From Myxococcota bacterium (GTDB taxonomy: Bacteria > Myxococcota_A > UBA796 > CAJQPC01), in NCBI GenBank assembly GCA_036229005.1, contig JAZAMN010000006.1, positions 32,001 through 96,000 on the forward strand: a stretch of DNA of 64,000 bases, read 5' to 3'. Positions within the stretch are counted from its first letter, which is position 1. The number at the start of each line of letters is the position of its first letter. This document shows positions 49,301-58,700 of the stretch, one piece after another. Under the pieces are notes generated by a model. The model ran no database searches, was not told the DNA's origin, and was given only the letters and a program-made list of their open reading frames with translations. The position numbers and the translations under genes are program-made.

Positions 49301-49940
49301 CTCGGAGATGTTGGACAGCGTGGAGATTCTGCTGAGCGAGGACCTCGACGAGACCTCGATCTCCGGCGCTGTGAGCCTCACCGGGCCAGACGGATCGGTG
49401 GGCTTCACAGCCTCGGTCCAGGACGAGACCCTCACCCTCGCGCTGGACGAGCAGGTGGACGCCTCGGATGGGACCTTCACGCTGACACTCACCAGCGCGC
49501 TGACCGACAGCGAAGGCAACGCCCTGGACGGCGACTGGAGCGGCGGGAGCAGCAGCTTCAGCACCAGCTTCGGGGCGGTGAGCTCCTTGGGACTGCAGGT
49601 GAGCGCCTGCACCCTCTCGACCTCTGTGCTCACGCCAGACGGGAACGCTGGGACCGCAGACGAGGCCGACTCGGTGAGCATCAGCGCCTCCGCGACGGGC
49701 ACCCCGGACTACTGGGTGTTGGAGGTCTACGACAGCAGCGGCGCTCGCGTGTACACCGAGCACACCGCCGCGACCAGCTCCAGCCAGACCCTGAGCTGGG
49801 ATGCACGAGACCATGACGGGCGGATCCAGTCTCCGGGCGGCTACCTTCTAGGCGTCTCCGCGCTGGACAGCAGCGACACCCTGTCGGATAGCTGCACCCA
49901 GAGCCTGACCCTGCAGCAGCACTTTGTGGAGCCCGGTTGA
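46371..49940 (+). CDS. Giant Ser/Asp-rich multi-Ig surface lipoprotein with FlgD-Ig-like C-terminus
   Basis: Lipobox LVSC; recurrent DxxGN Ig signatures; LSWDARDHDGRIQSPGGY. Confidence 0.8.
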   Translation: MNQSWPGLGASALPLLGIALVSCVESQTPDPQAVSPARVYHAENTPITITGEYFHPVVTVDVGRDGNSVDDSFGAEFVHTVSGESIELEGLFWESFQELRGVWPEDQATGTYDLYLTSPEGGDPVVLQDALTVSDSRANTIVVTPQVSSEVVGEFIQFDISLVDAQGNAVVEAGSVPVSLEISGPDASSLSFPSTQGIDELTQTGDENSWVGRLSFTEENWFTVSSSVDGLLTLTVSDDGEGLEDGRGTVLFEPGNLDDLEIILPSSNFTATAGESFPVTFRALDDEGNLVDGPLQLEFSDSCSGVVEPSELTLNGEETVLLTFGRANSGACSQTQLLVDAQITWTSDPFTVRPADASELVVRFNGLAGLSGIQAGEGVELSIQAIDPYNNVVVDYDESLSFTVRGSSGELEGADVVSRLSEVWNNGLSYWVWTPTSAGENVLEASGGGLTALAPSLGVVAGPAVDLDANVQVSSVVAGETFDLSVALSDAYANSVSWDGSTYTLSVDDGAGSVGCSFQSLTEVAAEFECAATHATSGVSLTVEVDPGGLTAQTDVIEVTNAAADSATWSLPASAVAGDSFAASLQVYDAFGNPYRTGTRGVTLSDDSGTLSPSSASLKSDGSLSLNLSITEAGTRAVTVSMGGDLGTDTIEILADDAASLELDLQEPWAWQGDSVPLEVQAVDQFGNLVQDYSRTVTVSSQASGFSDLSLSSFSGGLATTTLSWDQTALQDRVLVQDDQGLSGTSSAIDVVEVCADGPTSLVLIGGSSDEAVSCRSGGLASVNVDLSTSSPGSASLIAMHLDDGEGNRLRAAVGSQTLSASEPGVTYVQALVVDSDACADLDSGVWYVADSGDIAGPISLSLAHSGRVAGGSSTVSDTTLSVSAQDCTGASLSSGQVYLRTDMGAFSGLSTDSQGQYLDLSMGSTVTWSGTTAIANGTANVYAGALDNSAWGSASLTLSSESEPPVVCAVDPRGSSSEMLDSVEILLSEDLDETSISGAVSLTGPDGSVGFTASVQDETLTLALDEQVDASDGTFTLTLTSALTDSEGNALDGDWSGGSSSFSTSFGAVSSLGLQVSACTLSTSVLTPDGNAGTADEADSVSISASATGTPDYWVLEVYDSSGARVYTEHTAATSSSQTLSWDARDHDGRIQSPGGYLLGVSALDSSDTLSDSCTQSLTLQQHFVEPG

Positions 49941-50611
49941 GCACACCCCTGGACCCCAGACTTCAAGAGCAGGCGCGCCTGGCCGAGCTCGGCCTGATGG
50001 TGGCGGGCCTGGGGCACGAGCTCCGGCAGCCGCTGTTCGCCATCAAGTCGATAGCGCAGCTCCTCCAACAGAGTGGCGGTGAGAACCCGGAGATGGTCCA
50101 GTCGCTCCTGGAGCAGGTCGGTCACATGGAGCAGCTCGTGGAGGCGCTGGGCTGCTACAGTCGCAAGCCCCAGGATCAGGGGTTGGTGGACGTGGACGCG
50201 ACGCTGGCCCAGATCCAGCGCTGGCTCGGTCCGCGGGCGCGCAAGGCGGGTGTGGAGCTGCGCATCGTCGCGGGTGCCGGTCAGGCTGTGGCGATGGACC
50301 CGGTGGCCCTGACCCAGATCCTGGTGAACCTCTGCAACAACGCGCTGGACGTCGCGGCCTCCAGCGTGGACCTGAGCGCCGAGTGTGCGGAGGGCGTCGT
50401 CCTGGTTCGCGTGCGGGACGATGGCCCCGGCTTGACCGTGAGCGCCGAGCAGGCCTTCACCCCCTTCGTCACGACCAAGGAGGCCGGGAAGGGGACTGGG
50501 CTGGGGCTCTCCATCTCAAGGCAGCTTGCGGAGGGGGCCGGCGGCAGCTTGGAGCTCCTGGATGTGCCTGTCGGGGCCTGCTTCGTGCTGCAGCTCCCCA
50601 TGGTGACCTGA
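49937..50611 (+). CDS. Sensor-less histidine kinase core (HisKA-HATPase)
   Basis: GHELRQPL, NLCNNALD, DDGPG, FTPFVTTK, GTGLGL; TTGA overlap with the upstream gene. Confidence 0.9.
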   Translation: MSTPLDPRLQEQARLAELGLMVAGLGHELRQPLFAIKSIAQLLQQSGGENPEMVQSLLEQVGHMEQLVEALGCYSRKPQDQGLVDVDATLAQIQRWLGPRARKAGVELRIVAGAGQAVAMDPVALTQILVNLCNNALDVAASSVDLSAECAEGVVLVRVRDDGPGLTVSAEQAFTPFVTTKEAGKGTGLGLSISRQLAEGAGGSLELLDVPVGACFVLQLPMVT

Positions 50612-50638
50612 GCCCCGCTGCAGGATAGGGGGCCGGAC

Positions 50639-51220
50639 ATGTCCGACAACAAGATCTCCGAGCAGACCGAGCGCCCCATCGACCCCAACGCCGACGAGGA
50701 GCACCTCGCCGAGCTGGGACCTCGCTTCATGGCGGCCATGGCCCTGCGCCGACAGGGGCGCGATGACCAGGCCATCAAGGAGCTGCGGGGCATCCTCGCC
50801 GTCGAGCCGCGCTTGCCGGAGCCGCGCCTGGAGCTTGGGCGGATCTACCTGGACATGGGGCGCCTCGCGGACGCTCGGGAGGAGACCGAGGAGGCGCTTC
50901 GGGTCCTGGAGGCCGGGGGCCAGTGGGTAGAGGACATCCCGCCCGAGGTCATGTTCTCCACCGCTCACGGTCAGCTCGCTGAGACCCTGCGTCAGCTCGC
51001 GGACTCCGACGAGGTCATCTTTGGCGACCCCGAGGTGTTCAAGGCGCTGCTGGCCAAGGCCAAGGTCCACTTCGCCAAGGCGCAGGACTTCGACCCCAAC
51101 AACGAGCACGCCTCGTTCTACGCCTTCCACGTGGGCGTGGGGGACGAGGTCAGCTTCGCCGGGGAGGCCGAGGGAGAGGCCGCTGCTCTGGCCGCGCTCC
51201 AGGCGCTCGGCGAGGAGTAG
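50639..51220 (+). CDS. TPR protein
   Basis: AVEPRLPEPRLELGRIYLDMG, KAQDFDPNN. Confidence 0.75.
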   Translation: MSDNKISEQTERPIDPNADEEHLAELGPRFMAAMALRRQGRDDQAIKELRGILAVEPRLPEPRLELGRIYLDMGRLADAREETEEALRVLEAGGQWVEDIPPEVMFSTAHGQLAETLRQLADSDEVIFGDPEVFKALLAKAKVHFAKAQDFDPNNEHASFYAFHVGVGDEVSFAGEAEGEAAALAALQALGEE

Positions 51221-51235
51221 GTCCGCCGCGCGCGA

Positions 51236-51724
51236 TCAGAGCGAGGGGTGGTCGAAGGGGCTGTTCTTTGGGGAGCGCTCCTGGCGCGACTGGCTCCGCT
51301 CCTCGGGGTCCAGCTCCTGTCCCAGGGGGCCAGGCGGCTCATTGCCACCGCCGATGGGCTGGAAGCCGAACCAGCCCAGCACCGCCTTCTTGATCAGCGG
51401 TGCGGCCGCCCTGCGGGTGAGGGGGATGATCAGCGAGAAGCCCACAAAGTCGGTGAGCACGCCCGGGGTGAGCAGCAGGGCGCCGCCGATCAGCACCATC
51501 AGGCCCTCGATGATGCGGTCGCCGGAGGGGAAGCCCTTGGAGGCCTCGTCCCGGATGGAGCGGAGCACCGAGAGCCCCTCGCGCTTGGCCAGCCACGCCC
51601 CGACGCTGCCGGTGAGGACGATCAGGGCCACCGTCGCACCCGCCCCCATCCACTGGCCCAGTTGGATCAGCAGGTAGAGCTCGATGGCGGGGATGATGGT
51701 GAAGGCGAGGAAGAGCTTCCACAT
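51236..51724 (-). CDS. fxsA: FxsA family membrane protein
   Basis: IPAIELYLLI, GGALLLTPGVLTDFVG. Confidence 0.92.
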   Translation of the reverse strand: MWKLFLAFTIIPAIELYLLIQLGQWMGAGATVALIVLTGSVGAWLAKREGLSVLRSIRDEASKGFPSGDRIIEGLMVLIGGALLLTPGVLTDFVGFSLIIPLTRRAAAPLIKKAVLGWFGFQPIGGGNEPPGPLGQELDPEERSQSRQERSPKNSPFDHPSL

Positions 51725-51754
51725 GGGCGAGTCCGGGGTGTCTGAGCAGGGAGC

Positions 51755-52546
51755 CTATTCACCGAATGCGGCAGCGTGCAGGGCTTTCGCCTGCGCCCAG
51801 AGTCGCTCCAGGGTTTGAGGGCTCTGCTCGTGCAGCACCAGGCCCCCTTGGCGGGCCAGCTCCTCCAGGGTGCGGAAGCGGCCCTCGAAGCGGCGGTTGG
51901 CGTCCTGCAGGAGATCCTCGGGGCCCAGCTCCAGGAAGCGGGCCAGGTTTGCGGTCGACAGCAGCACGTCGCCCAACTCGTGCCGAATGGCCGCGGGGTC
52001 CTGCTGCTCCAGGGCCTCGTCCAGTTCGGCGAGCTCCTCGTCGATCTTCGCGCGGACGCCGGAGACATCGGGCCAGTCAAAGCCCACGTGGGCGACCTTC
52101 TCCCCGACCCGGTGTGCCCGCAGCAGGGCCGGAAGCGTCTTGGGGACGCCGTCCAGGATGGAGCCCTGGGGACCCCGGCGGCGCTGCTTGTCGGCCTCCC
52201 ACTGCGCGATGGTCTCCTTGGCGTCGGCGGGAGGGCGTCCCTGGGCGTCCTGGGCGAACACGTGGGGGTGTCGCCGCACCATCTTGGCCGCGATTCCCGC
52301 GGCGACGCGGTCTAGATCGAACTCCCCGGAGGCCTCGAACATGGCCGAGATCAGCACGATCTGGAAGAGCAGATCCCCCAGCTCCTCCTGGATGGCGGCG
52401 GGGTCGCCGGAGGCGATGGCCTCCAGCACCTCGTGGGCCTCCTCCAGCACATAGGGCCGCATGGACTGCGGGGTCTGGGCCGCGTCCCAGGGGCACTCGA
52501 CCCGCAGGCGCTTCACCACGGCGTGGAGCTCGTCGATGCCCTGCAC
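51755..52546 (-). CDS. mazG: Nucleoside triphosphate pyrophosphohydrolase
   Basis: CPWDAAQT, EELGDLLFQ, RRHPHVF, GFDW, ELGDVL (two MazG domains). Confidence 0.95.
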   Translation of the reverse strand: MQGIDELHAVVKRLRVECPWDAAQTPQSMRPYVLEEAHEVLEAIASGDPAAIQEELGDLLFQIVLISAMFEASGEFDLDRVAAGIAAKMVRRHPHVFAQDAQGRPPADAKETIAQWEADKQRRRGPQGSILDGVPKTLPALLRAHRVGEKVAHVGFDWPDVSGVRAKIDEELAELDEALEQQDPAAIRHELGDVLLSTANLARFLELGPEDLLQDANRRFEGRFRTLEELARQGGLVLHEQSPQTLERLWAQAKALHAAAFGE

Positions 52547-52590
52547 TTGGCCTCCCTGCGATAGGATGCGGGCCTGTCCCAGGAGGGTTC

Positions 52591-54063
52591 GTGGCCCAGG
52601 CGCCGATCGTGTTCGGGAAGTACCACCTGCTCGAGAAGATCGCCACGGGTGGCATGGCCGAGGTGTTCCGCGCCCGCTCCTACGGCATGGCCGGCTTCGA
52701 GAAGATCCTGGTCATCAAGCGCATCCTGGACCACCTCGGTCAGGACGAGGAGTTCGTCAAGCTCTTCATCGACGAGGCGCGCATCGCCGTCAGCCTCATC
52801 CACGTCAACATCGTCCAGGTCTTTGAGCTCGGCGAGGTCGACGGGGCCTACTTCATGGCCATGGAGTACGTGCACGGGCTGGACCTGGCCCGGCTGGTGA
52901 ACCGCGCCAACAAGGTGGGGCCGGTCCCCATCAACATCGCCTGCTTCATCGTCATCGAGGCCCTCAAGGCCCTGCAGTTCGCGCACGAGCGCCGGGACGA
53001 CGAGGGCGAGCCCATGCACATCGTGCACTGCGACATCTCGCCCCAGAACATCCTGATCTCCTTCTCGGGCGAGGTGAAGATCACGGACTTCGGCATCTCC
53101 CGCGCCAGCTTCCAGGCGGATGAGCAGCACGACGTCATCCGCGGCAAGTACGCCTACATGTCCCCCGAGCAGGTCGAGGGCCGGCCGCTGGATGGCCGCA
53201 GCGATCTCTTCTCCATCGGCATTGTGTTCTATGAGCTGCTGACCGGGCGGCGGCTCTTCAAGGCCCGCAACCGAGATGAGACCCTGGCGCGGGTCAAGCG
53301 CGCCGAGGTCCCCAGCGCCCGCAGCTTCCGGCCCGAGCTCTCCGAGGACCTCGAAGACCTGCTGCTCCGGGCCCTCGCTCGCCGCCCCGAGCACCGCTAC
53401 CAGGACGCCGCCGAGATGCTGGACGCCCTGTCGGCCCTGGTCGTCCGAGAGGGGCATCGGGCCAACAACAACGACCTCGCTGGCTACATGAAGGCCACCA
53501 TCGAGGCCGCCAGCGCCAAGGCCAAGGGGGAGAAGCCCGCGCGTCGACGCGCCTCCCGGAGCATGCCGCCCTCCGCGGTCGTGGTCCTGGCGGTAGAGGC
53601 CGCGCCCCCGCCCCGCAGCATCGCCGCCCCCCGCCCCCCCCTCAAGGACCTCAGCCTGGAGTGGGCCTCCATCGTGGACGACCGCGGCGGCGAGGTCTGG
53701 GAGCGGGAAGAAGGCAGCCTGCTGGTTGTCTGGGTCGCCCGAGGCGGCCTTCGTGAGACCGTCAGCCGCGCCGTGCAGACCGCTCTGGACATGCAGCAGG
53801 CCACGCTCCGGGCGGGGTACCGACTCAGCGCCGGGGTCGCGCCCGGGGTCGCGCGGATCTCACCGGACTCCCGTCGCCCCGCGGACGGCTGGGAGCTGGC
53901 CGGGCCCTTCTACCTGGCCCGCTGGATGATGAACCTCAGCGCCCACCGGGGGCGGGTCCTGCTCACCGAGGTCGGCCGCAAGCAGGTCAACCGCCGCAGC
54001 AGCCTGCTCGGCCGGATTCCCATCCAAGGCAACCGCTACATCAACCTCTACGAGCTGGGCTGA
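52591..54063 (+). CDS. Ser/Thr protein kinase with C-terminal degenerate class III cyclase-like domain
   Basis: GGMAEVF, VIKR, HCDISPQN, DFG, YMSPEQ, RSDLFS; AGGAGG RBS. Confidence 0.92.
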   Translation: MAQAPIVFGKYHLLEKIATGGMAEVFRARSYGMAGFEKILVIKRILDHLGQDEEFVKLFIDEARIAVSLIHVNIVQVFELGEVDGAYFMAMEYVHGLDLARLVNRANKVGPVPINIACFIVIEALKALQFAHERRDDEGEPMHIVHCDISPQNILISFSGEVKITDFGISRASFQADEQHDVIRGKYAYMSPEQVEGRPLDGRSDLFSIGIVFYELLTGRRLFKARNRDETLARVKRAEVPSARSFRPELSEDLEDLLLRALARRPEHRYQDAAEMLDALSALVVREGHRANNNDLAGYMKATIEAASAKAKGEKPARRRASRSMPPSAVVVLAVEAAPPPRSIAAPRPPLKDLSLEWASIVDDRGGEVWEREEGSLLVVWVARGGLRETVSRAVQTALDMQQATLRAGYRLSAGVAPGVARISPDSRRPADGWELAGPFYLARWMMNLSAHRGRVLLTEVGRKQVNRRSSLLGRIPIQGNRYINLYELG

Positions 54064-54065
54064 GC

Positions 54066-55190
54066 GTGGCGCTCTCCCTGGGGCGCCGTCTGGCCTACAG
54101 CGGCGTCATGGCGCTGTGTCTGCTCGGGCTGGCGGAGGGGGTGGCTCGAGCCGTCTACACCCCCAGCGCTCCCCCCGAGGCGGTCGGGACTGGGATGGTG
54201 CCGCACCCCACGCGCATCTGGGGCCTCCAGCCGGGCGTCAACCAGAGCTTCGGGATCACCGTCACGGTCAACGAGCTGGGGATGCGGGAGCCTGTCGCTT
54301 CGGCGCCGGACGGGGCTCCGCGGATCCTTACCTTGGGGGACAGCAGCATCTATGGGCACGGTGTGCCGGATGGGCTCACCCTCCACGATCAGCTCCAGTC
54401 GGAGCTCTCTGCACGGGGGGTCATCGCCGAGGTGCTCTGTGGTGGGGTCCCCGGGTATTCGATCCTCCAGACCCGCGTCTTCATGGACGAGGTGGGCTGG
54501 GATCTGGCCCCTGATCTCCTCGTCGTGGCCAACCAGTTCAGCGACATGGCGCCGGAGACCTTCAGGGACAGCGTTGTGCTGCAGAGCTTGAGCTCACCCA
54601 CGGTCCGCCTCGACCGGACCCTGCAGAGTCTGGCCCTCTACGGACTGCTCAGGCAGCGGATCGCGCGGGCGAAGGGGGTCCCGGAGTTCGCCGCGGTGGG
54701 CTGGCCGGAGCCAAACAAGACCGGGCAGGCGCGGCTCTCCCCGGAAGAGTACAAGGGGGGAATTGAAGGCCTGCTGCTGGAGGCACACGCGCGCGGGGTA
54801 GGGGTTGTGATGCTGCGCCTGCCCGAGCGACGCGCCTATGAGCAGGGGTTCCAGACCCCCTATGGCGTCGGCATGATGGAGCTGGGGGAGGCCTGGGGCG
54901 TGCCCGTGCTCGCCGTCGACGAAGAGTACAGGCGCTCCGGACTTTCGGCGGAGGCCCTGTACCTGGACAACGTCCACCCGACCGACCGGGGGCACGCGCT
55001 GATCGCACAAGGTCTGGCCCAGGGGCTGGTGGATCACGGCTTCCCCGAGCAGGTCCCGGTCCCGGCGGCGGAGCCCACCAAGGAGGTCATCATCCTCCCG
55101 CAGCAGGCCAGCGGAGCGAGCATCTCGCCGGTGTTCGAGCTCTTCCTGGGCGCCCCCGGGGGGACGCCCGCTGCCCCAAGGGCTCAGTAG
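54066..55190 (+). CDS. SGNH/GDSL-family hydrolase, membrane anchored
   Basis: NELGMRE, LGDSSIYG, GVPGYS, DNVHP. Confidence 0.85.
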   Translation: MALSLGRRLAYSGVMALCLLGLAEGVARAVYTPSAPPEAVGTGMVPHPTRIWGLQPGVNQSFGITVTVNELGMREPVASAPDGAPRILTLGDSSIYGHGVPDGLTLHDQLQSELSARGVIAEVLCGGVPGYSILQTRVFMDEVGWDLAPDLLVVANQFSDMAPETFRDSVVLQSLSSPTVRLDRTLQSLALYGLLRQRIARAKGVPEFAAVGWPEPNKTGQARLSPEEYKGGIEGLLLEAHARGVGVVMLRLPERRAYEQGFQTPYGVGMMELGEAWGVPVLAVDEEYRRSGLSAEALYLDNVHPTDRGHALIAQGLAQGLVDHGFPEQVPVPAAEPTKEVIILPQQASGASISPVFELFLGAPGGTPAAPRAQ

Positions 55191-55618
55191 GTCTGGGGGA
55201 TGACGGTCACGACATCCCAGTCCTCGTAGGTGTCGTAGGCGATGAAGTCGACCTGGTAGCCGCCGTAGTAGCAGTCCACGTTGGTGCTGTACTGCAGCCA
55301 GTCGGAGAACCAGATGTCGGGGTCCGGGGTCTCGCGGTAGAGCTCGAAGCTGTCGATGAAGTTGCCGTAGGGGTCGTAGATGTCCGCGTACACGCCGGTC
55401 AGGTCTGTGCGACCGTTGTCGTCGTAGACCTCCGCCTCGAACCACCAGATGAAGTCCTGGTTGTAGTCGTCCCAGTAGCAGCCACTGTCGGCCCACGCGA
55501 TGGTGGGGGTGTAGTTCACGTAGACCGGGTCGCGGTCAGGCCCGTCGTTGTCGTTGTAGACCACGCAGCCGGAAGCGAGGGAGAGGGCGGCCAGGGCGGT
55601 GAGAAGGCGAGCGGTCAT
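55184..55618 (-). CDS. Asp/Tyr-rich hypothetical lipoprotein
   Basis: Lipobox ASGC; GGAG RBS. Confidence 0.75.
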   Translation of the reverse strand: MTARLLTALAALSLASGCVVYNDNDGPDRDPVYVNYTPTIAWADSGCYWDDYNQDFIWWFEAEVYDDNGRTDLTGVYADIYDPYGNFIDSFELYRETPDPDIWFSDWLQYSTNVDCYYGGYQVDFIAYDTYEDWDVVTVIPQTY

Positions 55619-55739
55619 GGCATCTCCGTGGTGTGCCGTGACAGACGGGGGTCAGAGGGCTTCATTCAAGCCGATCCCAAAATCGGGGTGCTTTCTTTGG
55701 CAGGATAGTGGACCCGCTCCCCCTCGGCACCCCGGCGCA

Positions 55740-58700
55740 ATGGCTTTCGCACACCTGCACGTCCACTCCCAGTTCTCCCTGCTGGATGGGGCGATCCCGA
55801 TCAAGAAGCTGGCCCCCGCAGCGGACGCCCTCGGGCTGAACGCGGTGGCACTCACGGACCACTGCAACCTCTACGGCGCGGTGCCTTTCCACAAGTCCAC
55901 CAAGGGCACCGGGGTGCACCCCGTGTTCGGTTCGGGCATCTGGATCCAGGAGGAGGGGCAGGACTACCAGGACCCCCAGGGGCAGCTCGGCGGCTACCAC
56001 CTGCTGCTGCTCATCAAGGACGAGCACGGCTACAAGAACCTCTGCAAGCTCATCACCGACGCCATCTTCGACGGCATGTTCTACAAGCCGCGGGTGGGCC
56101 TGGAGCACCTGCGCAAGCACAGCGAAGGGCTGATCTGCCTGACCTCCGGCATGCGGGGGCCCGTCCGGGGGCTGCTGGCTGCGGGGGAGGCTGACAAGGC
56201 GCGGGCGCGGACCGAGCGCCTCGCGGAGATCTTCGGGGACCAGCACCTCTACCTGGAGCTGCAGGACGTCGCCTTCCAAGGAGATGACCTCGCGAACGAG
56301 GGGTGCAGGACCCTGGCCCAGGACCTGGGTCTCCAGACGGTGGTCACCAACAATGTGCACTACCTCAAGGCCAAGGACGCCGTGACCCTGGACGTGCTCC
56401 AGTGCATCGGTCGGGGTGTCTCGCTCAATGATCCCGGGCGCCTGCGGCCGGTCACAGACCAGCTCTACCTCAAGTCCGAGGACGAGATGCGGGCCCTCTT
56501 CCCGGAGGACCAGGCCGCCTGCGACCGGACGATGGAGATCGCGGAGCGCTGCACATTCAAGTTCACCTACGGGACCTACTACTTCCCCGCGAGCACGCCT
56601 CCGGACAAGGGCGAGGACACCCAGGCCAACTGGGCCTTCTTCTACAACGCCTTCCCGCCGCCCAAGGACTTCGGGCTCCCCCTGGACGGGACCGTGCCGC
56701 CCATGCCCGAGCCCGGCACCGGCAGCCTGGAGGGCTACTTCAAGTGGTACTCCCGAGAGGGCCTCAAGCTGCGCCTGCAGCGCGTCCCCGAAGAGCAGCA
56801 CCCCGTCTACTGGGAGCGCCTGCAGATCGAGTTCGACATCGTCCTGTCGATGGGCTTCCCGGCCTACTTCCTGATCGTGGCCGAGTTCATCAACTGGGCC
56901 AAGGACCATGACATTCCCGTGGGCCCCGGGCGTGGCTCCGCCGCCGGATCGTTGGTCGCCTACGCGCAGCGCATCACGGACATCGACCCCATCCGCTTCG
57001 ACCTGCTCTTCGAGCGCTTCCTGAACCCGGAGCGCGTGTCGATGCCCGACGTCGACGTCGACTTCTGCCAGGACCGCCGAGAGGAGGTCATCGAGCACAC
57101 CCGGCAGAAGTACGGGCCCGAGTTCGTCGCACAGATCATCACCTACGGAAAGCTGCAGGCCAAGCTCGCCATCCGCGATGTCGCCCGCGTCTGCGACACC
57201 ACTTTCAACGACGCCGACCGCATCGCCAAGCTCATCCCCGACGAGCTGGGCATCAAGCTGCAGGACGCCCTGGACAAGGAGGAGCCGCTCCAGGCCCTGC
57301 ACGAGGGCGACCCCAAGACCCGCCGCATCTACGACCTGGCGCTCTCCGTCGAGGGAATGACCCGTCAGACCGGCGTGCACGCTGCGGGCGTCATCGTCGC
57401 GGATCGGCCCCTGGTCGAGCTGGTCCCGCTCTACCGAGACGGCCCCGAGGGCGGCCCGGTCGTCCAGTTCGAGATGAAGTCCGCCGAGGGCGTCGGGCTC
57501 ATCAAGTTCGACTTCCTGGGTCTGAAGACCCTGGACCAGATCCGCGACGCCGTGCTCATGATCGAGCGCAACACCGGCGAGAAGATCGACATGTCGGCCA
57601 TCCCCACGGAGATGTCCGAGAACGGCGGGGACGAGACGGCGGACGTCACCTACAAGATGCTCCAGGAGGGCGACGCCCTGGGCGTGTTCCAGGTCGAGTC
57701 CTCGGGCATGCGCGAGCTGCTCACCAAGCTGCGGCCCACCTGCCTGGACGACGTCGTGGCCCTGGTGGCCCTCTACCGGCCCGGTCCCCTCAACGCGGGC
57801 ATGGTCGATGACTTCATCGACCGAAAGCACGGCCGCCAGGAGGTCGTGTACCCGGTCCCCGCGCTGGAGCCGATCCTCAAGAACACCTACGGCGTCGTCG
57901 TCTACCAGGAGCAGGTCATGCAGATCGCCCAGGTGATGGGCGGCTACTCCCTGGGACAGGCCGACCTGCTGCGCCGCGCGATGGGCAAGAAGCAGGCCGA
58001 GGCCATGGCCGAGCACCGGGGCATCTTCTGTGACGGCGCGGACAAGAACGGCTTCGACCGCAAGAAGGCCGAGGACATCTTCGACCTGCTCGCCCAGTTC
58101 GCGGCCTACGGCTTCAACAAGAGCCACTCCGCCGCCTACGGCTACGTCAGCTACCAGACCGCCTGGCTCAAGGCCAACCACCGCGCCGAGTACATGGCCG
58201 CGCTGATGAGCATCGAAGCCGCCAACACCTCCAAGATCCTGGTCTACATCGGCGACTGCAAGCGGGCCGGCATGAAGGTCCTCCCCCCCGACGCGAACGA
58301 GTCCCAGTGGGCCTTCGACGTGCCCAAGGACGACCGGAACACCATCCGCTACGGCCTGGGCGCTCTCAAGGGCCTGGGCAAGCACGCCGTCGAGGCCCTG
58401 ATCGAGGCCCGCGTCGAGGCCGGCGGGCGCTTCAAGGACCTGATGGATTGCTTTGAGCGCCTGGACTACAAGCGCGTCAACAAGAAGGCCCTGGAGGCCC
58501 TCATCAAGTCCGGCGCATTCGACTGGACCGGAGAGTCCCGCGCCGCCCTGTTCAGCGGGATGGAGGCCGCGATGTCCACCGCCCAGCGGGCTCAGGCGGA
58601 CAAGGCCTCCGGACAGGTTGGTCTCTTTGGAGGGATGGCTGCGTCCGCCCCCAAGCCCGGTTTCCGCCTCCCGGTCGTCGCGGAGTGGTCCATCATCAAG

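Noticed and set aside
46332..49814. 1160-aa minus-strand ORF
   Set aside because: Antisense shadow of the giant lipoprotein
51755..54063. mazG plus kinase as an anti-phage defence module
   Set aside because: MazG is the housekeeping two-domain type and no other defence genes are adjacent
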